Shown here one piece after another: positions 16,957-22,325 of a stretch of DNA of 22,325 nucleotides (its first letter is position 1; each line of letters begins with the position of its first letter). The stretch lies in NCBI RefSeq assembly GCF_006345805.1, contig NW_021836957.1, positions 1 to 22,325 of the forward strand, written 5' to 3'. A model generated the notes under the pieces. That model was not told the DNA's origin and made no database searches. It was given only the letters and a program-made list of their open reading frames with translations. The translations under genes were made by a program, and so were the position numbers. This DNA comes from Octopus sinensis (lineage: Eukaryota).

Positions 16957-19564
16957 TTACCGTCTTACCTGCCACCCAGTCATTATCTTCTCTAGGACCT
17001 CAGGGAGGCCTTTGAGGGACAATTCCTGGGCGTTGGAGAGCTCATCACGCCATCCTAAGCCATAGGCTAGCCGGATGGCTCGTCTTCTTACTTTCTTAAG
17101 CGCGTCAACGTACTTCTCCCTGTCCTCGCAGAAGTGCCAAGCGTGCACGCCATAGGTTAACACGGGTAACACCATGGCGTTGAACACACGGAACCAGGCA
17201 CCTCTCCTCAAGTGGAAAGCACGCAACGCGCCTAATCGCTGCATTGCACGCATTTTAGTGCGTGCAATGTGATCATCGAACTTACCTGACTGCTTGAAGA
17301 CCACGCCCAAGTAGGTCGTCCGATCAACTATAGCGATTGCTGACCCGTCCAGCGATAACCTAGGGATAAAATTAGTGTAACCCCTCGTCCTTTTACAGAC
17401 TTTAAGGACACTGCACTTGTCCGCACACATCTTTAGACCCCTACTCCCACACCAGTGTACAAGTTCATCCACAGCAACCTGTAGCCTACGACACGCACAC
17501 TCAGGTTTCATCGACTGATCCCAGAGGATAATGTCGTCTGCATAGATCACCATTTCAGTACGAGCATTGACTGGCATAGGCGCAGAGGCCATAAAGATAT
17601 TAAACAGTGTGGGACTCAGCACAGAACCCTGAGGGACCCCGCGAAGGACTGTTCCGACTTTAGAAAAGACCCCTGGTGTCGCACGACCGATGACCGCGAG
17701 ATTCGAGGAACCCCACAGCCAGCGCCTTAGACACGGAGAAACCCCACACGTGGCGAGGGAACTCCGCAGGCCGTCGTGCCACACCGAGTCGAAGGCCTTT
17801 TCTATGTCAAGACTAACTAACATACCAAACTCACTTTTCTGGAGGGCGTTTTTCATTTCGGAAGACACCTTCCACAAGCAGTCTCCACATGAACGACCCT
17901 CCCTGAAGCCCCATTGGAACTCCGGGAGGGCGTCAACCACCGTCAGCTCCTCCAGGAGCCTTCGGTGCATGATTTTTTCTAGGATTTTAGATATAGCGGG
18001 AAGCAAGGAAATGGGCCTATATCCCCCGGGGACATCATGAGGCTTCCCAGGTTTTCCAATGAGGATTACCTCAGCCACTTTCCACCTGGAAGGAATCATC
18101 CCAAGTCGCAAGCTCCCGCTAAACAAAACCTGTAAGGCCGTGATCAACAACGGCGGGGCCTTTTTGAAGATGGACATAGGGATCCGATCTAGCCCCGCCG
18201 CGGTGTTCTTACTTCGGGAGATCGCTTCCAGGATCTCCCTTTCGGAAACTTCGCCTGCATCGCCCCTTGTTATGTCCAGCTGGCAGCGCTTGTCCCAAGA
18301 CAATACCTCCTGGATAGTAACAAAAGACGACGTCTCTACGAACTGACTTCCGTCAGTTCCCGAGATGTTGTTGAGGTGGGTTGAAAATATATCAGCCACC
18401 TCAACCGGGTCCGAGGCGAGGGTTCCATCAGAGCGCTTAAGGCGCACTGACTTTGCCTCCCCTCTCCCCGACAGGCTCTTCAGTTGTTTCCAGAAGTCCG
18501 GAAAGCGCGGGTCCACTCTTTGACAGGCCCGCTCCCACCGTGAACTTTCGTGTTCACGGATTTCCCTCCGGATCTCCCTCTGAAGCCGGCTGATCCAGCC
18601 GCGAAACCAGACACGGTTCTCCTGGTACACGCATTTGTCCCGCAGTCTGGACAGCCGGCGCTTGAATCTAATTTTATTTAGCACCCGGTACGGGAGCGTG
18701 GAATGTGCCTGGCCCTGTACTGGGTTCTGTTTGAAATTATCTCGCATTAATCAGACAGGGCAGCATTGATTCCATTATCTAACGCCTCCAACTCTCGTAT
18801 GTTGGCGCAGGTTTTCCCCACCAGAAGTGAGGGCAACCTGCTGGCCATGAAACTCTCCAGGTTAGCCAGGAACCCACCCGGAGGTCAAAGTATCCTGGGA
18901 CCCTTGAGGAACTGGCTCACGAAGTTCGTGCAATAGAGGCAGATGGTCGCTCCCAATATCGGGCAATAAAATAGTTTTACTAACCCAATTTAGAGAGACC
19001 GGGACTGACCAGAGCAAGCCCTAGCCAGTCACGTCCTCCCCTAGTGTCGACGTGGTTTGGCTCGCTCGAAGTCCGGATTTCCAGCCCGAGGTCTTCAACC
19101 AGCGTCTTCAGAGCCAAACCATGCGAGTTGGTTACCCTGAAACCAAGATCTTGATGCTTGGCATTCAGGTCCCCAACAACCATGGCTTCGGATGCTTTTC
19201 AAAGAACTCCCGTACGTGCCAGGAGCACGCCGTAAAGTTCTTCGAGTACATCCCACCTAGGTAAAATGTTAACTCGCCTATGCGAATTCTCACTTGGAGG
19301 AATTCACACAAGCTACATGAACATATACCTGGACTCTGCAAGGCAAGGTAGGGCTTGTAGAAGAGGCTAGTTCCTGTGCCACATATTGACCCCTGTTTCC
19401 AGGGTATGTGACGACAGTTGTAGCCATCAACTACGTACGGACCCCCCCTTACCTTCGTTTCGTTGACCACCAGAATGTCCGCACTCGTGGTGGCAACATC
19501 CTCTGAACGGCGTCCCTTTTTCCTTCCAGGAACGCGCGTTCACCGATATGATGTTGAGCATCAT
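16957..19564 (-). CDS. LINE ORF2p (APE endonuclease + reverse transcriptase, no RNase H seen)
   Basis: 596 codons are open (16957-18747) with QWGFREGRS, SLDIEKAFDSVWH, GVPQGSVLSPTLFNIF, YADD and YLGV. The endonuclease part has single-base indels. Confidence 0.93.
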
Positions 19565-20098
19565 ATCGGTTCTTCGCCAAGGATCTTCTTGGCCTCGGCA
19601 ACGTTGCAGTGTAGCATTTCCTCTACACTGCAATTCATCTCCCTACAAAATTTTAATAGGGAAACGCATAATTGCACCGCAGGACTAATACTGTCCTGCG
19701 GTACACGCTCGCCAGGGGCTGAGTGCAATGGCATCTCCACGTATGGAGGACGCCTTTTCAGCCCCAGGTTGTGCCGGACGGCGCCGCCGTTAGCCGCCTC
19801 AGAAGGCATTGCCGGCTTAGGCAACCAAGCGGACTCGGAAGCTTTCACCTGCTTTGCCAACTTTGTCGGCGAAGGCTGCACCGACCCACACGTAGCATGG
19901 CTCACAGGTTCCACTGTCTTCGCCACCCAAACGGATTTGGAAGGTTTGGCCAGTATCGCCTGCTTGCCAGGTTTTGGCGCAGGGCGCGCGACGCGACGCG
20001 GGCGACTTACTGTTGGGATTACATCCCCACCTACCTTTCGGGTTGCCTCCTTGAACTTGGGGCAACCTCTGAAGTTGGCAGTGTGTCCCAACTTACCA
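19561..20098 (-). CDS. LINE ORF1p C-terminal part
   Basis: GKLGHTANFRGCPKFKEA..KKILGEEPI*, open frame. Confidence 0.88.
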
Positions 20099-21200
20099 TA
20101 GATTCCGAGCACATTGGTAATGAGCTAAGATTGTCTTCCAACTCTTTTTCCATATCAAACAAAGCTGAATCAGATAGATTTGTATCCGGATTGACTTCTT
20201 GTATTCTTTGAGACTATCAGCAAATATGTTCGGGATTTCTTCATGAGATGCAGGGGATCCATCTTGTTTTAGCAGTTTAGGTATAGTTTTCTCAGACGTC
20301 GAGGTTAATTTCGAGTAGACCTTCCAAAAATTTGGACTTCCTTATGTAGCTTTTTGCACTCAGTATTCCATTTTTTATCCTTCGCCACCTTCGCCGATTT
20401 TCTTATTTCTTCCGTAATGGTGAAGATTTCACTTTCCAAAACGGACCGGTCACGAAAATCTGCGCAGCGCCGGAGTTTGTTCCTTAGACATTGTTTTTTC
20501 CTTAGTAGGATTTCAACATTCATGTTTGGCATGTGAGTTTTCCTATTGTTTGAGACGATTTTTGTAGAATATGTTTCCAGATAAGACTTTATGTATCCAA
20601 TAAGGGAATTGCTAGACTTCTCGAGGTCCTCAGATGAAGAATTTTCGTCAAGTTTAGGAGCGAAATTGCTCAGATAAAGTGTAAAACATTTTCGGTAGTG
20701 TTCCCAGTTTATAGTCGAGAGGTTATATCGTATAAAAGTTGGTTTACCCTTAAAGGTCCAAGGTTGAGTTTGTATTAAAATTGGTAGATGGTCACTTCAA
20801 TATCATTTAAGGTGTACGGTTGTTCCATAAATTGAAGAGTAGACATAGAGACCAATGCTACGCCCAAATAGTCCCACCCTCCTGGTGAGTAATGATTTGG
20901 GGTTTTTGATGTGATGACCGAGAAACTGAGAGATTCTGAAAGCTTCTTAAGAATGATGCCATCCCTGTTGGTTCTCAGACAGCCAAAAGATGTGCATTTG
21001 GCATTTAGATCCCCGAGGAGTATTGACAAATGATTGTGTTTATCGGCAAAAAAGTCCTTGATAAGCGATGAATAATTGGAAAGGGATTTTGAGTATGTTC
21101 CTAAAAAAAAACATTTGTATGTTGGAATGGAATGGAAAGTTTTATTGTAAGCAAATCAGAGACTTAGTGTAAAGGTTGGACGAGGTTAAACGAGACGACT
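20099..21200 (-). mobile_element. LINE family B (more AT-rich relative of A): degenerate endonuclease + linker, truncated at both ends
   Basis: LLGDLNAK..TPNHYSPGGWDYLGVALVS..(frameshift)SDHLP, then KCLRNKLRR..EEIRKSAKVAKDKKWNTEC, collinear with family A. The 5' boundary is approximate. Confidence 0.8.
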
Positions 21201-21289
21201 GCAAGGACAGTCGAGCTCTACCGAGATTCGTCCTAAGAGAGTATACGAGCCGTCCTTTGATTAGAGTCACTCTCTGATTGAGTTACATG

Positions 21290-21607
21290 AGCCTGAATGC
21301 TTCTGAGCCTGTATGCTTCTGAGCCTGTATGCTTCTGAGCTTTCTGGGCTTCTGAGCCTGTATGCTTCTGAGCCTGTATGCTTCTGAGCTTTCTGGGCTT
21401 CTGAGCCTGTATGCTTCTGAGCTTTCTGGGCTTCTGAGCCTGTATGCTTCTGAGCCTGTATGCTTCTGAGCTTTCTGGGCTTCTGAGCCTGTATGCTTCT
21501 GAGCTTTCTGGGCTTCTGAGCCTGTATGCTTCTGAGCCTGTATGCTTCTGAGCCTGTATGCTTCTGAGCTTTCTGGGCTTCTGAGCTTTCTGGGCTTCTG
21601 AGCTTTC
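21290..21607. repeat. Two-unit minisatellite (16-bp A, 17-bp B)
   Basis: A=GCTTCTGAGCCTGTAT, B=GCTTCTGAGCTTTCTGG. Order from 21299: AABAABABAABABAAABB plus a partial unit. Confidence 0.95.
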
Positions 21608-21866
21608 TTTCCTGACGTTTAGTCAGCAAGAGGCGCTAGACTGCACCTTCTCGAAGGTCTACAGTGCCAGAGAAGAAGAAGAAAAGGAAGAAAAGAGGAG
21701 GTGCGTGGGTGCCACCTTCTGCTCACTTCGAAGGCTCTGGACTTAGTAAAATTACTTAGTTTCTTTTTTTAATAAAGCTAGTTAGTATATTTATGAAATT
21801 GCTAATTTTTATCTGGTTAATTTGTAAGGAATATCAATGTATTTTATTAAAAAAATTATGTATAAT

Positions 21867-22175
21867 TTATCCACCAAATCCGTAAATGTCCTACCTTGAC
21901 GTTTCAAGGCATTAACAACGTCCATTGCGATAACAGTTTTTTCTTTTGGCATGCTCAGTGTAAGAAATACAATCACGAACAGTTTGCTCAATAAAAATCT
22001 TAAGGACAGAACGTGTCTCCTCGTAAATTTTTCCAGAAATTCTTCGAACACCCCCTCTTCGACATAGTCTTCTTATTGCTGGCTTAGTAATTCCTTGTAT
22101 ATTGTCAATTAATATCTTTCGAAATCGTTTTGCACCACTCTTTCCTCCTTTGCCACCTTTACCACGTCCAGACAT
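21867..22175 (-). CDS. H4: Histone H4, third copy (slightly different paralogue, 1-2 indels)
   Basis: Same protein start. Substitutions near 21955-21965 and leader ATTTAGAGAATTTTTCCTA. Similarity to the other copies spans 21776-22194 only. Confidence 0.88.
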
Positions 22176-22194
22176 TAGGAAAAATTCTCTAAAT

Positions 22195-22304
22195 CCTTTT
22201 CTTTTTTTTCCTTTGTAGCAACAGAAACATTTTTGCTTTTTATAGGAGCTCTTTTTTGTCCCTTTGTGCTAACTTTAGGTGCCATTATCCACAAAATTTG
22301 CAAG
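22195..22304 (-). pseudogene. H2B: Histone H2B 5' fragment (19-nt leader + ~30 codons) fused head-to-tail to the H4 leader
   Basis: ATG at 22285. Identity to native H2B stops at 22304 upstream and at ..AAAAGG (22195) downstream. Confidence 0.9.
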
Positions 22305-22325
22305 GTCTTTCCGGGGGGAAAAACA

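Larger units (their letters stand above)
16832..20098 (-). mobile_element. LINE family A, 5'-truncated in ORF1, complete ORF2 and 3' UTR, no poly(A), no TSD seen
   Basis: The 3' end AATAAAAAATTTCCATTT abuts the H4 leader. The 5' end breaks in the third knuckle (GKLGHTANFRGC) and joins family B. Confidence 0.93.

Noticed and set aside
16832-20098. Target-site duplication or simple nesting of family A in family B
   Set aside because: The 3' flank (AGAGAATTTTTC) is not repeated at the 5' junction, and family B does not resume after the element.
21290-21607. CRISPR-like array, or the 120-aa ORF 21267-21629
   Set aside because: There are no unique spacers, only two alternating units, no cas genes, and a eukaryotic context. 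The ORF is just the translated repeat.
1-22325. rRNA, tRNA, snRNA, H1 gene or telomeric repeat; naming the host taxon
   Set aside because: None is recognisable by eye. The divergent histones indicate a fast-evolving eukaryote, but I cannot assign a lineage without a database search.

Overview
This is eukaryotic DNA in three parts. The AT-rich centre (~9263-16831) is a cluster of divergent core histone genes: H2B(-), H4(-), H2A(+), H3(-), then H2B(-) and H4(-) again about 6.03 kb further on. It also holds relics of Tc1, RTE-like and CRE-like elements. On each side is a long arm of same-sense, head-to-tail pieces of a GC-rich APE-type LINE ('family A': ORF1 with three CCHC knuckles, ORF2 endonuclease + RT, Jockey/I-like), with one piece of a related 'family B'. 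Both arms read toward the histone core and include short 5' pieces of histone genes. Four signals stand out. (1) Independent junctions fall on the same nucleotide just upstream of the H4 and H2B start codons, the likely transcription starts. (2) Both LINE families appear to have Gly in place of the catalytic endonuclease Asp equivalent to L1 D205. (3) An H3 N-tail/H4 fragment is fused in frame to the 5' end of LINE ORF1. (4) A ~23-bp motif is shared by all the histone promoters. Together these suggest a histone-locus-associated, possibly endonuclease-independent, template-jumping retrotransposon system. Caveats: near-identical copies differ by scattered homopolymer indels typical of long-read error, so most frameshifts cannot be trusted. 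Amplification or assembly chimerism cannot be excluded from this sequence alone. The host organism cannot be identified from the window.
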